Positions 37,257 to 48,300 of a stretch of 64,000 nucleotides of DNA are shown piece after piece. This DNA is from a virus. A model generated the notes under the pieces. It had not been told where the DNA came from. It worked only from the letters and a program-made list of their open reading frames with translations, and made no database searches. Location of the stretch: positions 1 to 64,000 of the IMG/VR virus record IMGVR_UViG_3300022700_000278. One strand, given 5' to 3'. A program made the translations under genes and the position numbers. Each line of letters begins with the position of its first letter. The first letter of the stretch is position 1.

Positions 37257-40200
37257 TGCCTGATTATCGAGAAGAACGTTCTCCGCTGTGGGGATTAGCA
37301 GCAACGGGTGCTTTTGCTGGTGGGACTGCATATGGTTTGCAGGGTCGTTGGCAAGAGCTTTTTCGAGCGACTCAGTCGGCGAATACGAGACAATATTCGG
37401 CGGCCGAGCAAGCTGTCGGAGGCATGGCTCGTTTTGCAGAATCAGCCAACGCCACGGGCTTAGGTTTGTTAAGAGACTTCGCTGGGACAGAAGTAGCTGC
37501 AGCAGATGCGCCTGCGTTTAAAAGAGATGTCGCTATAAGCGCCTACGAGGCCATTCTGAAGGGCAAAGGACAGACTGGTCATGAGGAGGCCTATTCTGTT
37601 TTTCAAGAGGTTGTGGGGGCATCTGATGCGACACAGGCTGCTTCTGTTGCCCAAAGAGAACTAGACCGGTTGGGTGGGGATGTTGGTCTTTTCTCGAAAA
37701 GAGTAGAACAGTTTTTCCCCGGCGGGGCCTATGAGGGACTCGCCAAAGACATGGGAGAATTCTCTGGGATGGTTCTCTCTGATCCCAAGACAGAGATCCC
37801 GTTTACGGCGCTATCTACACAGAGTCGCTCCGTAGCAGAAGAGACACAGGCTCGCTTGGGGAGAATTTTTAAGGATAGGTCGGTTGCCTGGTCTCCAAGC
37901 TATCACAAGGTTGGGGAGCAAGAAATCTTAAGTGCGACCATTAGCACGCCAGGTCGCCCCACTCACTTAAACATTCCTCTTAGATCCGATGTGGGAGAGA
38001 CATATGCTGGTCCCGGGTTTAGAAACAAATATATAACCAGAGGAGCTTGGGAGATAACCCCACAGGGGGTTCGGCAAAAAAGCATTTCTCAGCTTTATCT
38101 GGATACGCTAGAGACAGAAGCCTCTATGGCAGAAAGTTCTGTCGGGCTTGCTCGAGCTGTTGAAAGAGCCAAGACTACGGTTCAAGAAAAAACAATGGTC
38201 TGGAGTCCGTCCGAAGAGATGCTTACAACAGGGGACCGGTTGCGTCAAAGAATCACAGCGTCCCAGAGAGCATATGTCGGCAAAGACATTTCACCTGCGA
38301 CAATTCGAGCAGGCATAGAGGCAGGGGGGTTGCCGCTTGGATCTCCTGCTCAAGTTGCCAAGGGAGTGTTGACGGACGTGGACTGGCAGAAAGAGTTGCT
38401 TGGTCCGCTGGGAGAGTTGATGCCCGCTCACAGAAGACCCTTGCAGTTTATTCGGGAGGGATGGCAGCTTTCTGATATAGCAAGAACAGAGCAAGGGGGG
38501 ACTTATGCTCGTGAGGGTGCCCTGGGAGAGCTGGCTTCCAGGTTTTCTCCTGCGGTAGCACCTGGGTTCGAGGAAGCAACAAGGGGGCATGTGGCGCCTG
38601 CGGCATCAACGTTTTATTTGAAGCCTGGTGCTACGGACTACTCGAAACAGTTAGCAGAAGAAATGGGAATCATGTCTCGAGAGGCTGCTGCTTTGCAAAA
38701 GTGGGAGAGGGTCTCTTCTCAAAAGCTACGGGTCGCCGAAGGAATGCCTTTGACAAACGAAATCAAGCAGCATATGGAGAAAGAAACCTTAGAGCTGGGG
38801 AAGCCCTATCTTTTTGACCAGCCAGTTCCTCTTGAGCCTGGCCAGGGCCTTGGCATCGGAGACAAGGGGCAAATAGCAAAAATTCGCCGCAAACGAGGGG
38901 TACAGCAGTTTCTTATGGGATATGAGGTATTGGATGCCGGAAGAATAAAGGCCAATATCAAAGAGGTCGTCCACATGAGAGATGGCGATGTGCAAAAATT
39001 CTTCTCTGCTGGATCCGACATTAAGCACACCATCAAGAGAGCGGATCCACAGGAGTTTTTGAGAACGCTGGGAGTAAGCACAGCCCCCGTCGATGTTGTG
39101 GTGCCCGGAGAGAGATTGACAAAAACCCCATATGCGTTGTTTTCTCAGCAGATAAGTGGAATGCAAGAATTTGCCGCCAAAAGAATAGATGCTGTGAGGG
39201 CGAAGGGAATCATCTCGGACATTTCTGGACTAGAAGAGTACGTGAAAGATCCTCTTCGTTCCCTTGGCTTAACAGAGGATTTCCTTGGCAGCAAGAAGAT
39301 TCAAAAGACGGGACAGCTTTCCAGTGCGATTCAAAACAGAATTGTTTTAGGTGCCGAGCGCCTTGGTCTAATGAGAAGCAAGATTGCTCCAGAAATTTTT
39401 GGGATGATGGATCCGGCAGACGTCGACCGAATGATAGATGTGGCAGAGGACCTCTCTGAAGAAGTTGTTTCTGTTGAGACCAAAGAAAAGCTTATGCGGG
39501 CAATAGGTGCTTCCAAGGGCGTCCGTGGTTCTTCTCATATGTTTCTTGGAGATCTCATAGCAGAGGGCGGAACAGGGAACATGGCCAAGTGGGAGCCTTC
39601 TTTGTTCCATTGGTTGACGAAAGGTGGCCCCCCTGGTCTTGGTGCCAAATGGGCAACTGACATAGAGAGAAGGCTTGTTGGCCAGGAGGGTGCCGAAGAT
39701 ACAGTAAGAGAAATGACTAGGATGCAAAAAAGCCTCTTGGGAGAGGGGAGCTTTGTAGAAAGAGTTAAGGCTGGTTTCTTAGACGAGGAAGACTTTTTGT
39801 CTTTGGGAAAAGACGACCTGGTGAAGGCTCAGGGAAGATGGGTCAATCTTGGACAGAGCGTTGACGAGTTTGGCGGCAAAAGAATTTTTATTCCTGGGCA
39901 CGAGGCTGCCCCGCAACTGGGGTCTCTCAAAACAGATACGGGAGAGCTTGTCCGGTCTGAATTTGAAAATGCTTTGTTTGACTTGCAGTCCTCTTTAAAA
40001 GATCAGTCGGAGAACGCAGAAAGAAAGATATTAGAATCTGCAAGAAACTTGAGAGCAATTGGACACGCACAGTGGAGTGGCGCTGTTACAATGAGAGAGC
40101 GTGCATATGGTACCAGAATGCTCGCTGCTCAACGTTTGCAGATGATAGACGAGGCCGAGGATCTTGCTGATAACGTGGCAAAGTATACTCACAAAATAAG

Positions 40201-41737
40201 CTCTCGTACTGCGACAGACATGTTTGAAGAAATGCAGGCAGCAGCACCAGACGAAACAACCAGAGCCTTTCTTTCTGCTCAACAAGAGGCTTTTGAACAG
40301 GGAGAAAGAATTCCAGGGCTTGTCGGAAGATATCCTGCTGTGGGTCCTTATAGCGTTCAGCCAACATTCTTTCAAAAGGCCGACGACGCGTTAGACGAAG
40401 CAGTGTACTCTCCAGACATCGACGACGAAATCACAATTGCTGGCGAAGGAATTCGCGGAACAAGCAAAAAAGTCAGCGTTGGCCAAGGGGTCGGACAGAG
40501 ACTAGACTATGACCTTGACCGACAAATTATTTCTTTTCTGTCTGATCAAGAAACTTCTTCAAAGACGTCGCGTTATTTGTCGGGACAGCTTGCAGGAGAT
40601 TACGAAGAATTTCTTGGAAGGCACTATGGCCTACAGCAATTGTTTGAAGAAAACAAGCCAGCAGGTGTTGATGTTGCAAGAGGCATACAGGAAAGGCTTG
40701 ATAGTGGAGCAAAACACTATATTGGGCAAATGGGAATTGGCAAAACAAATGTTGCGTTAGAAAAATTTCGTCGGGCCTCTGCTTTGAGAGGCGCTGACTT
40801 CCAGGCAAAATACGAACCCCTGCTTTGGCATATGGAGGAAACGGCTACTATTATGGCAAAGCATGGTGGCGCTCACGCTGCAGAAGAGCTCTATTCTAAA
40901 TATGGACGAGCAACTGCAGCAATAGAGAGAGGAAGAGTAGATGAAGGCGCAAGGCTTCTGCAAGAAACCATCGAAGCGCTGGGCGGAAAGGAATCTGCTA
41001 GGCTAAGTGTGTCCTTTGCCAGAACGGGCAGAGAGGTTGCGTATGATTACGATCCTTCTTCGATGGCACAGGATCTGTCTAGTGCATACGCAGAAACACA
41101 CGATGAAATTCGGCCTGCCATGGACATTAGTCGACAAAGCAAACGGGCTGCCGTAAACCTTTCGGAAGAAGAGATTAAAAAACAAATCAGCTTGTTAGAA
41201 AGTCGAGTGCAGGTTGATGCAGCACAAGTGATTCGAGCACAAAGAACAATGGGATCAGCTAGCATAGGGGCGAGAACACAGAGAGCTGCGACTGTCGCAA
41301 GGAGTCGGTATAGGGCAATAGGCAATGTGTTAAAGAAGGGTAAGGGGCCAATGGCCTTGGGTGCTGCTGCGGCGGCTGGTATATTATTAGCATCACCACC
41401 TGTGTCTGGCACCATACCTGCCAATCCAAACATAGAGGGTGCTGCTGGTGGGAGAAATATTAATCCAGAAGATTCTATCCCACCGTCTGGGCCGGGCATG
41501 AGGCCTCCAAGGTCTGGAATGAGAGCCTCTCCAAAAGCTTACCTCCAGAAAGAAGGGTCTACGATGGCGAACATGAGAGCAACTTCTTCTGATTTTGGAG
41601 CGGAAAGGGTTTCGGAGACTCTAAGGCAAATGAGAGAATTGGAGTCAACAAGGATGCGCTCTAGAATAAAAATATCTGACAATCGAGAATCTCTAGATTC
41701 GAGAATGTTGGCAGACAAAATTTACCGGAGTATGTAA
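37256..41737 (+). CDS. Candidate single-chain two-barrel (double-psi) DNA-dependent RNA polymerase, probably virion-associated
   Basis: EEMGIMS (468), GDVQK..DIK (K581/K590), PVDVVVP (613), GRYP..SVQ (R1025), DYDLD (1084-1088). Confidence 0.7.
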   Translation: MPDYREERSPLWGLAATGAFAGGTAYGLQGRWQELFRATQSANTRQYSAAEQAVGGMARFAESANATGLGLLRDFAGTEVAAADAPAFKRDVAISAYEAILKGKGQTGHEEAYSVFQEVVGASDATQAASVAQRELDRLGGDVGLFSKRVEQFFPGGAYEGLAKDMGEFSGMVLSDPKTEIPFTALSTQSRSVAEETQARLGRIFKDRSVAWSPSYHKVGEQEILSATISTPGRPTHLNIPLRSDVGETYAGPGFRNKYITRGAWEITPQGVRQKSISQLYLDTLETEASMAESSVGLARAVERAKTTVQEKTMVWSPSEEMLTTGDRLRQRITASQRAYVGKDISPATIRAGIEAGGLPLGSPAQVAKGVLTDVDWQKELLGPLGELMPAHRRPLQFIREGWQLSDIARTEQGGTYAREGALGELASRFSPAVAPGFEEATRGHVAPAASTFYLKPGATDYSKQLAEEMGIMSREAAALQKWERVSSQKLRVAEGMPLTNEIKQHMEKETLELGKPYLFDQPVPLEPGQGLGIGDKGQIAKIRRKRGVQQFLMGYEVLDAGRIKANIKEVVHMRDGDVQKFFSAGSDIKHTIKRADPQEFLRTLGVSTAPVDVVVPGERLTKTPYALFSQQISGMQEFAAKRIDAVRAKGIISDISGLEEYVKDPLRSLGLTEDFLGSKKIQKTGQLSSAIQNRIVLGAERLGLMRSKIAPEIFGMMDPADVDRMIDVAEDLSEEVVSVETKEKLMRAIGASKGVRGSSHMFLGDLIAEGGTGNMAKWEPSLFHWLTKGGPPGLGAKWATDIERRLVGQEGAEDTVREMTRMQKSLLGEGSFVERVKAGFLDEEDFLSLGKDDLVKAQGRWVNLGQSVDEFGGKRIFIPGHEAAPQLGSLKTDTGELVRSEFENALFDLQSSLKDQSENAERKILESARNLRAIGHAQWSGAVTMRERAYGTRMLAAQRLQMIDEAEDLADNVAKYTHKISSRTATDMFEEMQAAAPDETTRAFLSAQQEAFEQGERIPGLVGRYPAVGPYSVQPTFFQKADDALDEAVYSPDIDDEITIAGEGIRGTSKKVSVGQGVGQRLDYDLDRQIISFLSDQETSSKTSRYLSGQLAGDYEEFLGRHYGLQQLFEENKPAGVDVARGIQERLDSGAKHYIGQMGIGKTNVALEKFRRASALRGADFQAKYEPLLWHMEETATIMAKHGGAHAAEELYSKYGRATAAIERGRVDEGARLLQETIEALGGKESARLSVSFARTGREVAYDYDPSSMAQDLSSAYAETHDEIRPAMDISRQSKRAAVNLSEEEIKKQISLLESRVQVDAAQVIRAQRTMGSASIGARTQRAATVARSRYRAIGNVLKKGKGPMALGAAAAAGILLASPPVSGTIPANPNIEGAAGGRNINPEDSIPPSGPGMRPPRSGMRASPKAYLQKEGSTMANMRATSSDFGAERVSETLRQMRELESTRMRSRIKISDNRESLDSRMLADKIYRSM

Positions 41738-42342
41738 TGCCTACAAAACAGCAAACACAATCTGGCGAAGGAAGTCAGAAAAAGCAAGTGAAGAAAACGC
41801 AAGAAAGCGTTGTTGTTGCTAGACAAAAGGATGTTAGAGAAGAGTTCTCTGACTTGCCGGCAGATGTTTTGGTTATAAATGATATTTTGTTTAGAGATGT
41901 TCCGATGACGGCTATTTCTATAGAGAACGAAGCAGACATAGCGGTGACAGAGACTCTTAGGACAGAGGCTCCTCATATTCAACCAAAAGGCCGAGACTCC
42001 GCAGTGGTTTCATTGCAGTTGATGTTTAGAGAGGGGCATGAGCAAACAGTAACATTGCGTAGGCTGATGGCAGAGCTACAACATAGTCCGTTTGTGTTTT
42101 TAGAAAACAATAAAGTGCGACAAACTCTTTTTGCTTCGCGCGCAGGCAAGACAGGCCCTGTTTTAGAAACGATGGCTTTTGTTGTGCATTTCGGCTCTCT
42201 TTCTATTAGCCAACAACTACCAGGCACGATTGTGTTGGATCTTCAGTTGTCCGAGTTTAACTACAAGCCATTTTCTGAGCATTTTTGGTATAGCAGTACA
42301 ATAGCGGGCATCCCTACAGAGATGCGAGGAGCGAGATCTTAA
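41737..42342 (+). CDS. Hypothetical tail/baseplate protein (tube-like fold possible)
   Basis: TAATG coupling; beta-rich; precedes the hub gene. Confidence 0.65.
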   Translation: MPTKQQTQSGEGSQKKQVKKTQESVVVARQKDVREEFSDLPADVLVINDILFRDVPMTAISIENEADIAVTETLRTEAPHIQPKGRDSAVVSLQLMFREGHEQTVTLRRLMAELQHSPFVFLENNKVRQTLFASRAGKTGPVLETMAFVVHFGSLSISQQLPGTIVLDLQLSEFNYKPFSEHFWYSSTIAGIPTEMRGARS

Positions 42343-42343
42343 T

Positions 42344-45300
42344 ATGCCCCGTCGAAACATTTCCGTTTGGTCTGATTATTCTCGAGAGAAGTTTTTAACA
42401 GACACTTCTGCTGCAGAGGCGTCTCTGTCTTCTAAGAGTAAGTATGGAGCAGAAGATACTCCTACGGTTTTCCCTGCTAACTCTGGTGCGTGGATGTATT
42501 ATGCCAACCACCTAGAAGGGAAGATGCCAGTACTTTCTGAGCGAAACACAGAGTATGTTGAGTTTGAATATAGAGAGTATGACATAAAGATTCCTCCAGA
42601 AGAAGCAAGAGCAGACTTGTCTTCTCTTGAAAAGTTCTTTGGGAAAACACCATCGTGGTGGGGAGACAAGACAAAGGATCCTCTCGCACAAGAGGTTCCT
42701 AACATCCCAAGCGGAACAAGTGCTCAGAAATATGCCAGCGATGTTTTGCAGCAAGGTGGCGGCAAGATGGCCGCTCGTTTTACTGCAAACAATGGCGCTA
42801 GCTATGTGATGGGACCAAGAGATCGCTTGTGGTTGGCGCGGATATTGTATGGGGAGCTTCGGATTCACAACAACAAGACCTTTAGCCATCTTGGCGGAGA
42901 TGCTTCCGATAGCGAAGTCGTTATGCATGCTTGGATGGTAATGAATCTTTTGATGACGAAATACCATGGCGGATCTTTGCGAAAAGCTGCGAAGGCATAT
43001 TCCGAAGCGCTACAAGGCAAGACTGGCAACTTAAAAGACTATGCCCAATATGGTTCTTGGCAGAAAGCAAAGAAGACATACGAAAACAACTATGGAAAGA
43101 ACACAAATAAGTTCAAGAAGGCTAAAAGAAGATTTTTCCAGGCCAGAAATCAATATATGGCAAATGTCGCCATTTGGCCAGGAGCAGAAGAGTTTTATTC
43201 TACGGGCGCCCACGTCAGTCCGACCGGAAAGCCTATCTTGATTCCAACCAAGTTGGCTGATTTTGTTAATAGGTTTGCGGCCGGGGAAATTCCAAAACCA
43301 AGCGGAATTCCTGGCAAAATATTTGATATTTCCGCAAACAGAAATAGTATTGCTTGGGGTTCGGGCAAAACCTATGGCATCAAAGTAGAAGGAGTGAAGT
43401 GGCAAAATGGCACTTCTGCTCCAGGATTCCCCTACACCGACCTTTCTCCTCCTGGGTTTGCTTTTAGAAAAGAAGCCAAGGGTTTTTGGGGTGGCGTAGC
43501 TTTCCGGCCCAACAAACATTCTGGAAAGGGTACGTCAAACAACCTGTATGTGCGCCGCAGGTCTGTTTCGGAAGATCTTTTGCGGAGTATTTCTGCAGAC
43601 AAGATTGACACGGGGATATACGCAGACGGTGTGCCCGTTGAAGAGGGTGGTATTGAGCGCCAGGCGTTGTTTGGTCAGTCTATGAGCGACCTGGCTGGCT
43701 ATCAGGGTCAGTCTGTAGATAGTTCTTTGCTGCAAGAAACGGAGAGACAAGAGAATAGCGATCAACAAAAGACAACAGAGTTGCCCAGAGAAGAATCAGA
43801 GGGGACCCTTATAAAACAGGCTCAAGATGCAAACAAGAAGCAACAAAATAGAGCTGACTGGATAAACGATCTTGCCAGGAACGGGTGGAGATACGAAGGC
43901 ATCACAGACAACAGAGAAACTTTCAAAAATATATTTTCGCAAGCCAAAAGAATTCGCATCGGCGGAAGAGATAGCGGTGCAGTCTCAATGCAGAATGTTG
44001 TTCCCGTTGCAGCAAGCGTTCAGTTTGGACATAGGCTTGCTGAGCAAAAATTACTGGGGCAGAAAACGTCTACATTCCAGTTTTTAGGCGCCGGAAACAA
44101 GTCTGGAATTATTGTTTTGTCTGCTGCTGGAGAAGCCGGCAGGCGAGCGCTTCAAGCCGTCAAGAGAATGTATGCCACTCTTAGCTATAACGCTAGACAG
44201 ATGGGCGATTTCAGAGAGGCATCTGCTGCGAAAATTAATATTGTTGCTCCAGATGGAGCCAAGAACAACATCTTTGCTTTGTTGGATATAAACAAAATCA
44301 GTATTTCTAATGTAACAGACGAGGCGACTGTACAAGACGGCGTAGACATATATAAAATGACCATAGAGTTTTTGTCTCGTGACTTCATAGAGCCCACGTT
44401 TAAACCCAAGACCGTTTTTTCGGAAGAGTTAAAACGTCAAATTGTTTCTCGTATGCTGAAGGATCTCCAGGTTCAGGAGGTAAGTTCGTTCGACAAGGTG
44501 GCTTCTGAATCTCCTGTTTCTACCACACTAGCAAACGTTGCATTTTCTCTCAGAAAAAACTTTGAGATTGGGCTGGAGTTTATATCCAACATTCCTGCCT
44601 CTCTTGCAAGTTCTTCCGTAGCAGACGAAAACAGAAGACGCTATGATCGAATGTCCAAATACGCAGATAACATCGACTTGTTCTTAAGAGCAAGCTTGCA
44701 ACATGTAATTTTCCCGTCCAAAGATATTGCTTATGTGCCGGGATACAGCAATGCAGCTCCTCTCGTAGCTGGGGTTTACGCCCCCAGTAGCTGGGGAGGA
44801 TCGGTAGGCGGAGCCGTGTCTGGTTTTGCTGAAGGTGCCCTTTCAGGACAGAGGAAAGACATTGCGTACATGTTTAAGGCGAGAGAGTCGTCTGGGAAGC
44901 CCCAGTGGTATGTTGACCTGCTGGCCAGGTTAGCTGCTGACATAAAGGGTATTTCTTCTAGGTTCCCCTTGTTAAACACCCCCGTCGGGGTTCGGCCAAT
45001 AGAAACTATTTCGATCAGGAATGCTCTTGATCAGAAATGGGAAGGAGAGAAGACCTGGGGGGATCGCTTACGAATATTTGGCAATCAGCTAGGAGGGGTG
45101 GGGCAAAAGCTGGTTTCTCTTGTTGGTGGAGAGGGGGTTTCTGTTGAAGGAGAGAGGGTGAGGGGGTTTTATGTTGCAGACTCTCCTGACGAAGCTTCCA
45201 GGATTGGTGCACAGCAGTTTGCTTCGCTGACAGCAATTTTCAATCAAGTTGCTGTGCAGGCCCTACAAAGAGCAAATGACGGAGAGGGCTTCGCAAATGT

Positions 45301-48300
45301 TTTTGGAAAAGAAGTTGCCGATCAGGTACTTGAGTTGTCTGTTGCTGAATATGGCTCTTGTTATCCTGATCTAGACTTGCCGAACATAGCAAACACCAAA
45401 ATAAAAACAATGCCAAGCTTTTTCATGTACGAGGACGCTCTTGAAAGTCCTGGTTTGGCGCAAATCAACAATGATGCCGGCGTGCTAGATCAGCTTGTGT
45501 CTAGACACCTAGAAAATTCTGCGAAAAGCGTTTCGAGGTTTATTGGAAAGGGAGGCGCCAGCAAATTATTTGCAACTAAAAACGCAGACTATTTGCAACA
45601 GGCAAGAAAACAATATGATGAAATAGATAAAAAGGAAAAAGCATATAACGGAGAGCATGGTGCTTTTGCGGCTGATGGCAATGGGGCAGAAAATCCAGTA
45701 TCTGAATCTGCGAAAGTAAAAGATGCGATAGGATACAGGAGCGACAAGTATGCTGGCAATCCGACTGGTCCTGGCGAGACAACGAAACAACAACTTGCTA
45801 AGGTGTTCGGGAAAGAAGCGTCGAACGCTCTTTTGCGATTGCTGAAAGACGACAAGGCAACTTCGGTAAAAGATGCTTTCTTTACGGCAGTGGTGTCGTC
45901 TTCTTACTTAAACAAATTTGTGGATGGGCAAATAACTGGAATCGACCCGGACTTTGAAGACGAAAATGAGCTTTTTGCTAGGGCAAGAGATTTCTATTTT
46001 GCCGATGCGGAAGGCAAGCTTCCAGACAAGATATATGTAGGACCAGATGGCACACAGGCTAAAATGGATGCCGCTTGGGATGGAGATATGGGTGGCGGTT
46101 CTCCTCTGGGTGGCGACGCCAAGTCTGATCAAACCTCGCCTCAAGGGGGCTTGCCTTCTGCTTCTGCCCCAGATGGTGCTGCAGTAGGCGGAGTAAACTT
46201 TGGGGAACAACAGTCTTCTAGCGAATGGGAGGAAGATTATTTTGAGCCTTCTGCAGTAGAGCCGCCGCAAACAATTGATTATGAAGCAGCGGAAAACATT
46301 GCTGAATACAACAATCTTTTGTCGAAAATCCAAGCGACACAAGGAGCAGAGGCTCTTGGAAGATCGGTAGCAAGCGGCATTCGAGATCGTTTTAAGAGAG
46401 ACTTTAGTCTTGTCCGGGCCTTCCCCACCTTCAAGATTTTTTTTATTGACGAAGATAGCGACGAAGAGATTGGAGAGTTTCATGCTTTTGATGACTTCTA
46501 CAGCTATTCTGCCGTACAAGAAATTCGAATAACTCGGTCTAGGAAAATTGCGGCCGATCTGGCTGTGTTACGAATAACAGATGTCGCACACAAACTGACC
46601 AGGGGCAGGTTCTCTGATGTAGACTTGTCAACAGGTGACGTCAAAAACGAAGACTCGCTGGGATGGTGGGCAGAGACACAAAAAGAAAATCCATTTAACA
46701 ACAGGATTCTTCGAGAGGGGGTAAAGGTGCAGATCCGTTTAGGATATGCGCCAGAACCAGATCAGCTTGAAACTGTTTTCTTGGGGCAAATCACAGAGGT
46801 TGCTCCTTCGGAGGGAGGAAAAATACTTGAGATCGTCTGCCAAGGGTATGGGGCAGAGTTAGAGGCTGCGTCCATGAACGCCGCAGACAACGACGTAGTG
46901 TATTACTCTCCCCAGCACGCTCTTTGTGCCGCAATTCTACAGCCCTTTATTAAAAACTTTGGCCATTGGAGTTTTAATCAATTTTACAACCCTGCACAAA
47001 TCAGAAGAAAGTATCATGATTTTTGGGGATCTAATCTAGGAACAATCGATCAGCTTTTTGCGGCCTATCAGAGAACGCAAAGAGAGATGTTTTTCCACAT
47101 CCTTCGTTTGGTGAACTTCAGAAACGATCCACAGGATGATAATATTTTTGCTCCACCTCCATTTTTATACGAAGGCAGTGATCTGACGACTAGAATCTGG
47201 AACAACGCCAACGCTTATCACCCCTTTATGAATACTCCGTGGGAGGTTTTTAAAGAACACGAGCTTCGGTTCCCAGGGTATGCTGCGCTGCCGCTTCCTT
47301 ATGGACACGAGCCCAGAATGACTATGTTTTTTGGGATGCGCGGTCAACGATATTGGTCGAGCCCATGTTCTAAAGCACAGGCGTTCATAGCCAAGTATTG
47401 GACAGATTTGGTTCAGGCAGCGGGGGTGGGAAAGGATGGAGCTGAAAAATTAGCTTCAGATCCAAGAGCTAGGGCTGGGTTGCAGTATTTGAAACAAGCG
47501 AATCCGGGTCTATACAATGCGATAGCAAAAGAATTGTTTGGCCAGTCCAACTCAATTGGTCGATATATCGGAGAGGTGTCTGGTCGCTATCGTCCATTTA
47601 GGAACCACCACATATTTACTTCTGATCGCCACATCATAAAGAATGGCATTCGCACCAACGCAAGCAAAACGTTTAATGCAGTCCAGCTCTTTTATGCCGA
47701 TGACGAAGATCAATTAGACGTAGAAGAAATAGAAGAAGTTATAGAGTCGATGAAAGAAACATCGGAAGGAAAGGGCGGCGTGTATACCGCCAGACTAAGT
47801 GATAACATTCCAGACTGGCAGGTTCGAACATATGAAGACTCCTTTCCGTCTTGTGTGTCTTCTTATATGGCAAAACGATATGCTCACGGGCTGTTTTTAG
47901 AAGGCGTCAAACAAAGCTATGGAGGAGAGCTTGTCGTTACTGGTGAAGAGACCATAAAGCCATATGACGTGGTAATGATACAAGATCACATATCAGACAT
48001 GTATGGTCCTGTCGAGGTAGAGTCTGTCACGCATATATTCAACCAAGACACTGGGTTCGTGTCTGTCATTAACCCAAACATGCTTGTAGACTCAAATGAC
48101 ATGTGGTCAAAGGGCATAACAAGTGCGGTAACCCAGTCGCTTTCTCTTACAATGCTTGCGGCTCGTCAAAATGAAACTTCTAGCCAGCACAGGGCAGACG
48201 TTACCTCTACTGGGCTCTCTTTTGATAGCTTTTTGGCTAAGCTTGGGGCGTTTCATTTTGTTCATTGGGCCCAGACGGCAAGTCCTGTTATTTGTACTCC

